A stretch of 64,000 bases of DNA from a virus, in IMG/VR virus record IMGVR_UViG_3300027759_000074, positions 1 to 64,000 of that record; one strand, 5' to 3'. Of this stretch, positions 39,485 through 48,457 are shown in pieces (position 1 is the first letter of the stretch; each line of letters opens with the position of its first letter). The translations under genes were made by a program, and so were the position numbers. The notes below the pieces were generated by a model. It had not been told where the DNA came from. It worked only from the letters and a program-made list of their open reading frames with translations, and did no database searches.

Positions 39485-42037
39485 ATGGCAGACAATATTG
39501 ATAAAGGGTTATACCAAACTCCACTAGGTTTAGACAAAGAACCAACTATGGCAGATGCAGCGCTTGCTATTGAGATTGAAAATCCAGACAGCGTGACATT
39601 AGATGATGGCAGTATGGAGATTACGCTTGAGCCTGGTAAAGAATATGAAGATGAGTTTAATGATAACTTAGCTGAAGAACTAGATGAAGGCACTTTAACA
39701 GAATTAGCTGGCGATTTAATAGGCGATTTCCAAACAGATATAGAATCAAGAAAAGATTGGCTCAACACTTATGTTGAAGGTCTAGAATTATTAGGTCTTA
39801 AAGTAGAAGACCGAACCGAACCGTGGCCCGGTGCTTGCAATGTATACCATCCCTTAATGACTGAAGCCCTTGTGAAATTCCAAGCGGAAACTATGATGGA
39901 AACTTTCCCTGCAGCTGGCCCAGTAAAAACAGTAATCATAGGTAAACAAACAATAGAAAAAGAACAAGCAGCTGAACGGGTTCGCGATGACATGAACTAT
40001 CAGTTGACTGAAAAAATGCCAGAGTATAGACCTGAACATGAGCGCATGTTATGGGGACTTGGGCTTGCAGGTAACGCATTTAAAAAAGTTTATTATGATC
40101 CGTCATTAAATCGTCAAGTATCTATGTATGTCACTGCAGAAGATATTGTAGTTCCGTATGGCGCGTCTAACTTAGAAACATGTGAGCGTATTACTCATGT
40201 GATGCGAAAAACTAAAAATGAATTAAGAAAACTCATGGTAGCTGGATTCTACAAAGATGTAGATTTAGGTGAACCCTCTCACACAGTTGACGAAGCCGAG
40301 AAAAAGATTGCAGAAAAGATGGGCTTCAATGCGTCTGAAGATGACCGATACAAAATTCTTGAAATGCATGTTAATTTAGATTTAGAAAATGGTGATGACG
40401 AAGATGGTATTGCACTACCTTATGTTGTTACTATTGAACAAGGTACAAGCACAATCTTAGCCATTCGTCGTAATTGGAACCCCGATGATAAGTTAAAATT
40501 AAAACGTCAACACTTTGTACACTACGGTTATATACCAGGCTTTGGTTTCTATTGTTTTGGTTTAATTCATTTGATAGGTGCCTTTGCAAAATCCGGTACT
40601 ATGATCTTACGTCAACTTGTTGATGCAGGTACTTTATCAAATTTACCAGGGGGATTAAAATCTCGCGGTCTTAGAATTAAAGGTGATGATACTCCAATTG
40701 CCCCAGGCGAGTTCCGTGACGTTGATGTACCATCAGGTGCTATCCGTGACAATATCTTACCTCTTCCATATAAAGAACCTTCACAAGTATTAAATAGTTT
40801 GATGAATCAAATCATCGACGAAGGCCGTGCGTTTGCTAATGCAGATGGATTAAAAGTTTCTGATATGTCAGCTAATGCTCCAGTAGGTACAACGTTAGCT
40901 ATTTTAGAAAGAACTCTTAAAGTAATGTCAGCTGTACAAGCTCGTATTTACTACGCGATGAAACAAGAGTTTAAACTTCTTAAAGGCATTATTAGAGATT
41001 ACACTCCTGATGAATATAATTATGAACCTGAAGTAGGTGATAGACGCGCTAAACAATCTGACTACGATAACTGTGATGTTATTCCTGTATCAGATCCAAA
41101 TGCATCAACGATGTCTCAAAAGGTTGTACAGTATCAAGCTGTAATGCAGATGGCGCAAGCTAATCCACAGATCTATGATTTACCTGAGCTTAATAAACAA
41201 ATGCTAGAAGTATTAGGCATTAAAAATATTAACAAGCTTATTCCAAGTGTCGAAGACTTTAAACCAAAAGATCCTGTATCTGAAAATATGGCAATTCTTA
41301 ATGGTAAACCTGTTAAAGCATTTATTTATCAAGACCATCAAGCACATATGACGGTTCATCAATCAGCCATGCAAGATCCTAAGATAATGGAAATGATAGG
41401 ACAAAATCCACAAGCACAATCAATTCAGGCAGCTATGATGGCACATATTAATGAGCACGTAGCATTTGAATATAGAAAACATATTGAAGAACAACTTGGT
41501 GTACCTTTACCTGGTATGGATGAAGTATTACCAGAAGACGTAGAAACAGAAATTTCTAAACTTATGGCCCAAGCTGCACAACAATTATTAGCTAAAGATC
41601 AAGCCGAAGCTCAACAACAACAAGCTGAACAACAGCAACAAGATCCGCTCATTCAAATGCAACAACAAGAATTAGCTATCAAACAACAAGAATCACAAGC
41701 AAAAACGCAAAAAATGATGGCAGATACTCAATTAGATCAACAAAAACTTGAAGCTACTCAAGCGTTAGAGCAACAAAAACTTGAATTAGAAAAAGCTAAA
41801 CTTGAGTTAGAAAAAGCCAAAATGGACTCACAAGAAAGAGTTGCAGGGGCTCATCTAGGGTTTAAATCTGTAATAGATAAACAAAAAATGGAAGCAGAAG
41901 ACCAACGCACTCAAGCACAACAAGCAGCAGAGGGCATGAGGATTGGGTTAGATGCAACTAAATCAGAGTTAGATCGCGAACACGCGATTGAGTTAGCGCA
42001 CATTAATAAAAAGGAACAAAAACAACCCAAGGAGTAA
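39485..42037 (+). CDS. Portal protein
   Basis: 850 aa after terL; P22-like long Gln-rich coiled-coil tail. Confidence 0.85.
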   Translation: MADNIDKGLYQTPLGLDKEPTMADAALAIEIENPDSVTLDDGSMEITLEPGKEYEDEFNDNLAEELDEGTLTELAGDLIGDFQTDIESRKDWLNTYVEGLELLGLKVEDRTEPWPGACNVYHPLMTEALVKFQAETMMETFPAAGPVKTVIIGKQTIEKEQAAERVRDDMNYQLTEKMPEYRPEHERMLWGLGLAGNAFKKVYYDPSLNRQVSMYVTAEDIVVPYGASNLETCERITHVMRKTKNELRKLMVAGFYKDVDLGEPSHTVDEAEKKIAEKMGFNASEDDRYKILEMHVNLDLENGDDEDGIALPYVVTIEQGTSTILAIRRNWNPDDKLKLKRQHFVHYGYIPGFGFYCFGLIHLIGAFAKSGTMILRQLVDAGTLSNLPGGLKSRGLRIKGDDTPIAPGEFRDVDVPSGAIRDNILPLPYKEPSQVLNSLMNQIIDEGRAFANADGLKVSDMSANAPVGTTLAILERTLKVMSAVQARIYYAMKQEFKLLKGIIRDYTPDEYNYEPEVGDRRAKQSDYDNCDVIPVSDPNASTMSQKVVQYQAVMQMAQANPQIYDLPELNKQMLEVLGIKNINKLIPSVEDFKPKDPVSENMAILNGKPVKAFIYQDHQAHMTVHQSAMQDPKIMEMIGQNPQAQSIQAAMMAHINEHVAFEYRKHIEEQLGVPLPGMDEVLPEDVETEISKLMAQAAQQLLAKDQAEAQQQQAEQQQQDPLIQMQQQELAIKQQESQAKTQKMMADTQLDQQKLEATQALEQQKLELEKAKLELEKAKMDSQERVAGAHLGFKSVIDKQKMEAEDQRTQAQQAAEGMRIGLDATKSELDREHAIELAHINKKEQKQPKE

Positions 42038-42040
42038 CAT

Positions 42041-42235
42041 ATGGACCAAACGCTAGAGCTATTATTGTCTCGAATAGATGATCAGCGCAAAACAGTATTA
42101 ATAAATTTAGGAGACGGAGCCGCAAAAGATTTTGCTTCGTACCAAAATATGACAGGGTATATTCGAGGTCTATCCGTCGCAGAAAGTATCATAAAAGACC
42201 TTGCACAAAGAATGGAGACGTTTGAAGATGAGTGA
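42041..42235 (+). CDS. Hypothetical protein
   Basis: Y..GYIRGL motif; AAGGAG RBS. Confidence 0.6.
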   Translation: MDQTLELLLSRIDDQRKTVLINLGDGAAKDFASYQNMTGYIRGLSVAESIIKDLAQRMETFEDE

Positions 42236-42674
42236 ACAAATACTCACAATAAATAAGAATTTGGTAGATGCAAATGGTCGACCGATTGTTGTTCCAAAGA
42301 TAGACGATGTAAATGCAGAAGACATACCGATTGAAGAACGTGGTTTACAGTTGCCTGAGCCTAAAGGATACAAGATACTTTGTGCAATTCCTGACGCCGC
42401 AGAAACTTATCAAGGGGGTATTGTAAAAGCAGATTCAACTAGAACTGTAGAAGAACATTCAACTGTAGTTTTATTTGTAGTAAGAGTAGGTGATTTAGCT
42501 TATAAAGACGAGGCTAGATTTCCTACAGGTCCATGGTGTAAAGAGGGTGATTTTGTTTTGACACGTGCATACGCAGGTACAAGATTTAAAATCCACGGAA
42601 GAGAATTCCGCATTATTAACGACGATACAGTCGAGGGGGTTGTTGAAGATCCTCGTGGCTATACTCGCGCATAA
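42228..42674 (+). CDS. groES: GroES-like co-chaperonin
   Basis: PKGYKIL..GGIV..VGDLAY..GDFV..YAGT..RIINDDTV. Confidence 0.8.
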   Translation: MSEQILTINKNLVDANGRPIVVPKIDDVNAEDIPIEERGLQLPEPKGYKILCAIPDAAETYQGGIVKADSTRTVEEHSTVVLFVVRVGDLAYKDEARFPTGPWCKEGDFVLTRAYAGTRFKIHGREFRIINDDTVEGVVEDPRGYTRA

Positions 42675-42684
42675 GGAGAACTAA

Positions 42685-43722
42685 ATGGCTGAGAACAAAG
42701 AAACCGAGATAATCTTTGAATATCCCGATGACAATGAAATTTCAGGTAATAAACTACCTGATGAAAAAGAAGTCAACGTAGAGACAAAACAAGTTGAGTC
42801 TAAAGAAAACGAAACAAAAGTAGACGCTAAGGTTGATGATTTTGACCTTGAGATAGAAGATGATACACCTGCACAAGATAGAAATCGAGAGCCTTTACCT
42901 AAAGAGGTAGTAGAGGAATTAGAAAACGATAATCTTGATGACTATTCTGAAAGAGTTAAACAGCGTTTATCTCAGATGAAAAAAGTTTGGCATGATGAAA
43001 GACGCGCTAAAGAACAGGCTGATAGAGAACGAGAAGAAGCAATTCGATTTGCTCAACAAATTTCTCATGAAAATAATAAACTAAAAACTACACTAAGTAA
43101 CGGAGAAGAAGACTACGTAAAAACAGTCTACTCTGCAGTAGAACAACAGTTTAGTATGGCCCAAAGAGATTATCGCGACGCATATGAATCTGGTGACACT
43201 GATAAAATTTTAAATGCTCAAACTAGAATGAATGACGCACAACTTAGGCTGTCTCAAATTCAAAATTATACGCCTCAATTTAGAAATACTTTACAAGAGC
43301 CTGAAAATAATGTATATATACCACAATCACAGCCTCAAGTACCAAAACCTGATAATCGAGCCTTAAAATGGCAAGAAAAGAATGATTGGTTCGGTTCTGA
43401 TGAGGAAATGACAAGCCTTGCATTAGGCTTACATGAGAAATTAGTTAGGAGTGGTATAAACCCCACATCTGACGAATATTATCGTCGTATCGATGGTACG
43501 ATGCAGAAACGATTCCCAGAATACTTTGGGGATGCAACGCTGGACGAGGTTCAACCCGCCCAACGCACAAAACCTTCGACTGTAGTTGCCCCGGCAACGC
43601 GTAGCACCGCGCCAAAAAAAGTGCGTCTGACGAAGACACAAGTAGCGTTAGCCAAGAAATTTGGTCTAACACCGGAGCAATATGCAAGAGAAACTTTAAA
43701 ATTGGAGAGAACAAATGGATAA
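42685..43722 (+). CDS. Capsid scaffolding protein (putative)
   Basis: Acidic coiled coil; C-terminal LAKKFGLTPEQYA. Confidence 0.6.
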   Translation: MAENKETEIIFEYPDDNEISGNKLPDEKEVNVETKQVESKENETKVDAKVDDFDLEIEDDTPAQDRNREPLPKEVVEELENDNLDDYSERVKQRLSQMKKVWHDERRAKEQADREREEAIRFAQQISHENNKLKTTLSNGEEDYVKTVYSAVEQQFSMAQRDYRDAYESGDTDKILNAQTRMNDAQLRLSQIQNYTPQFRNTLQEPENNVYIPQSQPQVPKPDNRALKWQEKNDWFGSDEEMTSLALGLHEKLVRSGINPTSDEYYRRIDGTMQKRFPEYFGDATLDEVQPAQRTKPSTVVAPATRSTAPKKVRLTKTQVALAKKFGLTPEQYARETLKLERTNG

Positions 43723-44161
43723 AAGAATAGATCGTGAAGTAGATACAAGAGATGATTTTACTCGTGGAGAAAGCTGGAAACCCGCCTCACTCCTACCTGA
43801 ATTTAAAAAGGTACCAGGCTGGGCATATCGATGGATCAGAACAAGTGTCATGAACGAAGCAGACAATCTAAATGTATCCTCTAAAATGCGTGAAGGTTGG
43901 GAACCCGTTAAATTAGCGGACCATCCTGAAATGAAACTAATGGTTGACCAAGCATCTCGCTTTAAAGACGGGATTGAAATTGGTGGACTATTATTATGCA
44001 AGATCCCAGAAGAGTTTGTTGCACAACGTAAGGCTCATTATGCTACACAAGCAAAACAACAAGCCGATGCAGTTGACAACAGCTTTATGAAACAAAGTGA
44101 TGCTCGTATGCCTCTCTTCGCAGAGTCAAAATCTACGACATCTTTTGGTAAAGGTAAATAA
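43715..44161 (+). CDS. Conserved head-module protein
   Basis: YRWIR..REGWEPV..GGLLLCKIP. Confidence 0.6.
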   Translation: MDKRIDREVDTRDDFTRGESWKPASLLPEFKKVPGWAYRWIRTSVMNEADNLNVSSKMREGWEPVKLADHPEMKLMVDQASRFKDGIEIGGLLLCKIPEEFVAQRKAHYATQAKQQADAVDNSFMKQSDARMPLFAESKSTTSFGKGK

Positions 44162-44182
44162 TATAAATATAAGGAGATTACT

Positions 44183-44782
44183 ATGTCATATCCAACAGTA
44201 ACCGCTCCATACGGACTTAGACCAATTAACCGTTTCGACGGCATGCCATATGCAGGTGCTACTAATCAGTACCCTGTAACATCTGGTCAAGCTGTTTTTA
44301 ACGGTCAAGTAGTTGCATTCGTAAATGGCGGTACAGTATCACCAGTAGCATCTCACACAGCTAGTACTTATGCTGTAGGTGTTGTAATGGGTGTTCAATA
44401 CACAAACTCAACGGGTCAAACAGTGCAAGCTCAATATGCACCTTCATCAGGCGTAACAGATGTTATTGCTTATGTTGTAAATGATCCTGCTGCAGAGTTT
44501 AAAGTAGCAGTTACAGGTAATAATCAAACGATTACTCCAGTAGCAGGCACTGTTTTAAACACAAACGTTTTATTAGTAGTAGGTACAGGAGACACAGCAA
44601 CAGGTAATATTAATTCATCTATTGATGGTTCTTCTGCTAACAGTACTGCTACATCAATATTTAGAGTTACTGCTCTTATTCCAGAAACTATCGATCCAAC
44701 AACTGGTTATTACACAGAAGTTGTCGTTAAATTTAACGGAACATGGCATCAACAATTATCAACAACCGGTACTACAACTTAA
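44183..44782 (+). CDS. Capsid decoration/cement protein (putative)
   Basis: APYGLRP N-terminus, beta-rich, directly upstream of the MCP. Confidence 0.55.
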   Translation: MSYPTVTAPYGLRPINRFDGMPYAGATNQYPVTSGQAVFNGQVVAFVNGGTVSPVASHTASTYAVGVVMGVQYTNSTGQTVQAQYAPSSGVTDVIAYVVNDPAAEFKVAVTGNNQTITPVAGTVLNTNVLLVVGTGDTATGNINSSIDGSSANSTATSIFRVTALIPETIDPTTGYYTEVVVKFNGTWHQQLSTTGTTT

Positions 44783-44794
44783 GGAGAATAAAAC

Positions 44795-45712
44795 ATGGCT
44801 ATTTCACGCGCACAGCTCCTTAAGGAGCTCTTACCAGGACTAAATGCACTATTTGGTCTAGAGTATAAACGTTACGGCGAAGAACATAAAGAAGTTTATG
44901 AAACAGAGACTTCAGAGCGTTCATTCGAAGAAGAAACAAAACTTTCAGGTTTCTCAGCAGCACCAGTCAAAAACGAAGGCACTGCAATCGCTTATGACAA
45001 TGCTCAAGAAGCTTGGACAGCTCGATACAATCATCAAACTATTGCTCTTGGCTTCAGCTTAACTGAAGAAGCTGTAGAAGATAACTTGTATGATACATTA
45101 TCAGCACGTTACACAAAGGCTTTAGCTCGCGCTATGGCTTACACAAAACAAGTTAAGGCTGCTGCAGTTCTTAATAATGGTTTCAATACTTCCGGTGCTT
45201 ATGACGGTGGTGATGGTGTATCATTATTTAACACGGCTCATCCTCTTGTTTCAGGCGGTACAAACAGCAACACTCAATCAACTCCAACAGACTTGAACGA
45301 AACAGCACTAGAAAACGCTGTTATTCAAATCGCTGCATGGACTGATGAACGTGGTCTTTTGATTGCTGCTCAACCACGTAAGTTAGTAGTTCCACCAGGT
45401 AATCAATTCGTTGCAACTCGCTTGCTCGAAACTGAATTACGTGTTGGCACAACAGACAACGACATCAACGCTATTAAGAATAATGGTTCAATCCCAGAAG
45501 GTTACACAATTAACCACTTCTTAACAGATCCTGATGCGTATTTCTTAACAACTGATGTACCTAACGGCATGAAACACTTTGTGCGTACTCCGTTATCTAC
45601 TTCTATGGATGGCGATTTTGACACAGGCAATGTTAGATACAAAGCTCGTGAGCGTTATTCATTCGGTTGGTCAGATCCTCTCGGTATGTGGGGTTCACCA
45701 GGTTCTGCTTAA
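44795..45712 (+). CDS. Major capsid protein (Mu gpT-like)
   Basis: MAISRAQLLKELLPGLNALFG; DGVSLF..HP; PRKLVVP; RYKARERY. Confidence 0.85.
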   Translation: MAISRAQLLKELLPGLNALFGLEYKRYGEEHKEVYETETSERSFEEETKLSGFSAAPVKNEGTAIAYDNAQEAWTARYNHQTIALGFSLTEEAVEDNLYDTLSARYTKALARAMAYTKQVKAAAVLNNGFNTSGAYDGGDGVSLFNTAHPLVSGGTNSNTQSTPTDLNETALENAVIQIAAWTDERGLLIAAQPRKLVVPPGNQFVATRLLETELRVGTTDNDINAIKNNGSIPEGYTINHFLTDPDAYFLTTDVPNGMKHFVRTPLSTSMDGDFDTGNVRYKARERYSFGWSDPLGMWGSPGSA

Positions 45713-45742
45713 TAGCGACTTGGTTCACAATGTACTAGGATT

Positions 45743-45765
45743 AACCCTGCTTCGGCGGGGTTTTT
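45743..45765 (+). terminator. Rho-independent terminator after the MCP
   Basis: AACCCTGC-TTCG-GCGGGGTT followed by a U-run. Confidence 0.85.
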
Positions 45766-45823
45766 CTTTATGAGCCGCTCATGGTTTTCTTTACAACGGT
45801 TTAAATTGCAAAAAGAGCATAAT

Positions 45824-45877
45824 ATGCATAACAAAGTAGTTTGTGTATAACAAATGCAAGACAAAGTACTTTGTGTA
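45824..45877. promoter_or_regulatory. Tandem operator-like palindromes upstream of pqqA
   Basis: 24-nt direct repeat (21/24 identical), period 30; cores ACAAAGTAGTTTGT and perfect ACAAAGTACTTTGT. Confidence 0.5.
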
Positions 45878-45918
45878 GTAAAAAACAAGAAATATTATAT
45901 ACAAACTAGGAGAATATT

Positions 45919-45990
45919 ATGTGGACAACACCAGCTGCAACAGAAATGAGATTTGGCTTTGAAGTAACTATGTACGTAATGAATAAGTAA
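45919..45990 (+). CDS. pqqA: PQQ precursor peptide PqqA (23 aa, not in track)
   Basis: MWTTPAATEMRFGFEVTMYVMNK: W-x-x-P and RFGFEVTMY with E-x-x-x-Y; AGGAG RBS at 45908-45912. Confidence 0.95.
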   Translation: MWTTPAATEMRFGFEVTMYVMNK

Positions 45991-46019
45991 TGGTTTTTGT
46001 AACAGATTGCTATTAAACT

Positions 46020-46040
46020 AAGGGGCTTCGGCCCCTTTTT
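46020..46040 (+). terminator. Rho-independent terminator after pqqA
   Basis: AAGGGGC-TTCG-GCCCCTT followed by TTT. Confidence 0.85.
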
Positions 46041-46042
46041 AC

Positions 46043-46070
46043 TTGTGTAAAATCTATATTGTGGTATTAT
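46043..46070 (+). promoter_or_regulatory. Promoter candidate
   Basis: TTGTGT-N16-TATTAT with an extended -10 TG. Confidence 0.45.
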
Positions 46071-46078
46071 TGCAGTAT

Positions 46079-46152
46079 CCGGGCATATCCGGTTTATTAG
46101 ACTGTCCCGGCAGATGCATACACAACTAATAAACTTAACTTTGTATGAAGGA
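46079..46152 (+). ncRNA. Pseudoknotted structured RNA (possibly Mu-gpT-DE-like)
   Basis: Interleaved pairings CCGGG/CCCGG, GTTTATTAG/CTAATAAAC, CATACA/TGTATG. Confidence 0.55.
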
Positions 46153-46160
46153 AAATTATT

Positions 46161-46592
46161 ATGGCTATATCTACAGCTTCAGGCCCATGGCGCTCGCTTA
46201 CGGGTTTTATCGTTCCAATCACTTACGTTTATGCAACTGACATTGTTGGTGGCGAATATCAAATTCAAGATGCAGGCGCTAGAGTTTTAGTTCTATCACC
46301 AGCCGATGGTGGTCCAGCTTCAGCAGTTGACTTTATTCTTCCTAACGTTGTAACAAATGATGGTAATGCATGGGTAGGTCCTCAATCTGCTCAACCAGAA
46401 CTTAATGGCGTTCAAGGCTCAATTACTAACTACGGCGCAGTTGCTCACGTACTAAAAGGTACTGGCACACAACCTGTATCGGGTAACGTTGCTGGTGTAA
46501 CAGTTGCTGCTGGATCTATTGTTCAATGGGGTGGTAACGGTAATCCGAATGCTCCTTGGATCGCAATTAACAACGCTATCTTAGCTTCCTAA
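46161..46592 (+). CDS. Putative virion protein
   Basis: AAGGA RBS; SGPWRSLTGF N-terminus. Confidence 0.55.
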   Translation: MAISTASGPWRSLTGFIVPITYVYATDIVGGEYQIQDAGARVLVLSPADGGPASAVDFILPNVVTNDGNAWVGPQSAQPELNGVQGSITNYGAVAHVLKGTGTQPVSGNVAGVTVAAGSIVQWGGNGNPNAPWIAINNAILAS

Positions 46593-46601
46593 TTAAACTC
46601 T

Positions 46602-46621
46602 GGGGGCGCTTAGCCCCCTTC
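46602..46621 (+). terminator. Hairpin / weak terminator
   Basis: GGGGGC-gctta-GCCCCC with a short U tract. Confidence 0.45.
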
Positions 46622-46642
46622 TAAAACTTAAGGAGATTAATT

Positions 46643-46927
46643 ATGATGCAAACAGACATATTAGCCACACATTTAAATGCTGATGGAGTAGTAGCTGCGT
46701 ATCCTGTACGTGTTAAAGGATATCAAATTAAACCTGGTGGTACTGCAGGACAAATTGATTTTTACGATAACGCATCAGCAGCTTCAGGCACTATTAGACT
46801 ATCACTAGACATTACAACAAACACTGTAGTTGTTTCTACAATACTTCCAGGTGAAGGCATTAGATTTAATAATGGTGTTTATGTAGATTTACCCGCCAGC
46901 GCAGGTATAACAGTATTCTATGGCTAA
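46643..46927 (+). CDS. Putative virion protein
   Basis: PGEGIRF..GVY..TVFYG. Confidence 0.55.
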   Translation: MMQTDILATHLNADGVVAAYPVRVKGYQIKPGGTAGQIDFYDNASAASGTIRLSLDITTNTVVVSTILPGEGIRFNNGVYVDLPASAGITVFYG

Positions 46928-47183
46928 CAAGAAAAAAGGTCCTAGCTTAGCAGTTGGACGTGGTGAGAAACTTCCTGTATCGAAAGGTGCAGGTCTTACC
47001 GCTAAAGGACGTGCAAAGTATAACGCAGCTACAGGCTCAAACCTCAAGGCTCCTCAGCCACAAGGTGGCGCTCGTAAGAAGTCGTTTTGTGCTAGGATGT
47101 CTGGTATGCCCGGTCCTATGAAAGATGAAAAAGGTAGACCTACTAGGAAAGCCGCATCACTAAAAAGGTGGAATTGTAAATGA
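46920..47183 (+). CDS. Small basic conserved phage protein
   Basis: GLTAKGRAKYN..RKKSFCARM..RWNC. Confidence 0.6.
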   Translation: MANKKKGPSLAVGRGEKLPVSKGAGLTAKGRAKYNAATGSNLKAPQPQGGARKKSFCARMSGMPGPMKDEKGRPTRKAASLKRWNCK

Positions 47184-47398
47184 GTGCAGAACGCGAATTA
47201 GCAGAACATGGTGTTGAAATTAAACACATTCAATCAGACGTGGATACTATTATGGAAGACATGGATCAATTAAAAAAACGTCTTGATAGTATTGAAAAAA
47301 CATTAGAAGAAATCAAAGGCGGATGGAAAGTATTTATCGCTATTGCCACTATCGGATCTATGTTTATTAGTTGGCTTGTTAACCACTGGTTAAAATAA
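47180..47398 (+). CDS. Coiled-coil protein with C-terminal TM helix (XhlA-like)
   Basis: Heptad repeat followed by a hydrophobic tail. Confidence 0.5.
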   Translation: MSAERELAEHGVEIKHIQSDVDTIMEDMDQLKKRLDSIEKTLEEIKGGWKVFIAIATIGSMFISWLVNHWLK

Positions 47399-47613
47399 TG
47401 AGAGCTTTTATTGAAAGAGTATTTAAGTCTAAAAAACTTAAAACAGAAAAGAAAGACACAGAGGCAATAGTAGAGTCTATTATTGAAGAAGTAAAAGAAG
47501 TTATTATTAAAGAATTAAAACAAGGAGAAGTAGTTACTTACTCAAAACCTAAACACTTCCCCGATTGCAATTGTTTTAAATGTGAAAGATGGAAACAACA
47601 AAATGCCAAGTAA
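47398..47613 (+). CDS. Hypothetical protein
   Basis: HFPDCNCFKC; coupled. Confidence 0.45.
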   Translation: MRAFIERVFKSKKLKTEKKDTEAIVESIIEEVKEVIIKELKQGEVVTYSKPKHFPDCNCFKCERWKQQNAK

Positions 47614-47989
47614 ATCTAAAGCACAACGTAATCTAATGGCAGCCGCAGCTCATAATCCTGCGTTTGCTAAAAAGGTAGGGGTTCCTGTGGCAGTTGCGCA
47701 GGAGTTTAATAAAGCCGATAAAGGCAAAAAATTTGGGAGTGGTGGTATGGCTAAATCAGATATGAAAGAAGATACAAAAATGGACAAAGCTCAAGACAAA
47801 GCTATGATCAAAAAAGCATTCAAGCAACACGATATGCAAGAACACAAAGGCGGCAAAGGTACTAAGCTAGCACTTAAAAAAGGTGGTATGACTAAAGGCT
47901 GTGGTTACGCTTCTGGTGGTAAAGTATCTCAACTAGCAAAAGCTAATGGGATTGCTAAAAAAGGTAAATCAAGAGGCACACTTATTTAA
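47603..47989 (+). CDS. Basic virion protein with xxGG motifs
   Basis: Start reassigned to MPSKSKAQ. Confidence 0.55.
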   Translation: MPSKSKAQRNLMAAAAHNPAFAKKVGVPVAVAQEFNKADKGKKFGSGGMAKSDMKEDTKMDKAQDKAMIKKAFKQHDMQEHKGGKGTKLALKKGGMTKGCGYASGGKVSQLAKANGIAKKGKSRGTLI

Positions 47990-47998
47990 GGATATATC

Positions 47999-48448
47999 AT
48001 GGCTACTAAAGAAGATTATTTAACGGGGTATGAAACAGGAATAAAAAAGGCAAAAACTAATGAGCCTGGACTACCTGACAGATATCGTAAATCTACGCTA
48101 GATAAAGTTTTAGCAGTCGGCGACAAATTTAATATATTTGAAAATCCTGAAGCTAAAAACATAAGATTAAAAAGAGAAGCTGACGATAAATATTTAGATT
48201 CTTCGATGGGCAAAGGTGAAGCTCAAGGACGTGCAGAATTTGATAAAGCATTAAAATTAGAAATGGACAGGTCAAAAAAGAATCCACCTGAAACTATTCC
48301 TATGACAGAAAAAGATGCAAAAATCATTAATTCTAAAGAATTTAAAAAAGCTAATGAGAGAACTACAGATATGAAAAAAGGTGGCTCAGTTTCTTCAGCT
48401 TCTAAAAGAGCAGATGGTTGCGCTGTTCGCGGTAAAACAAGAGCATAA
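47999..48448 (+). CDS. Protein with MKKGG..ADGCAVRGKTRA tail
   Basis: AAGGA RBS. Confidence 0.55.
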   Translation: MATKEDYLTGYETGIKKAKTNEPGLPDRYRKSTLDKVLAVGDKFNIFENPEAKNIRLKREADDKYLDSSMGKGEAQGRAEFDKALKLEMDRSKKNPPETIPMTEKDAKIINSKEFKKANERTTDMKKGGSVSSASKRADGCAVRGKTRA

Positions 48449-48457
48449 GGAAACCCT

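Noticed and set aside
45824-45949. Upstream mini-ORFs MHNKVVCV and MQDKVLCV... before pqqA
   Set aside because: No SD; better explained as by-products of the palindromic DNA repeat, though not excluded
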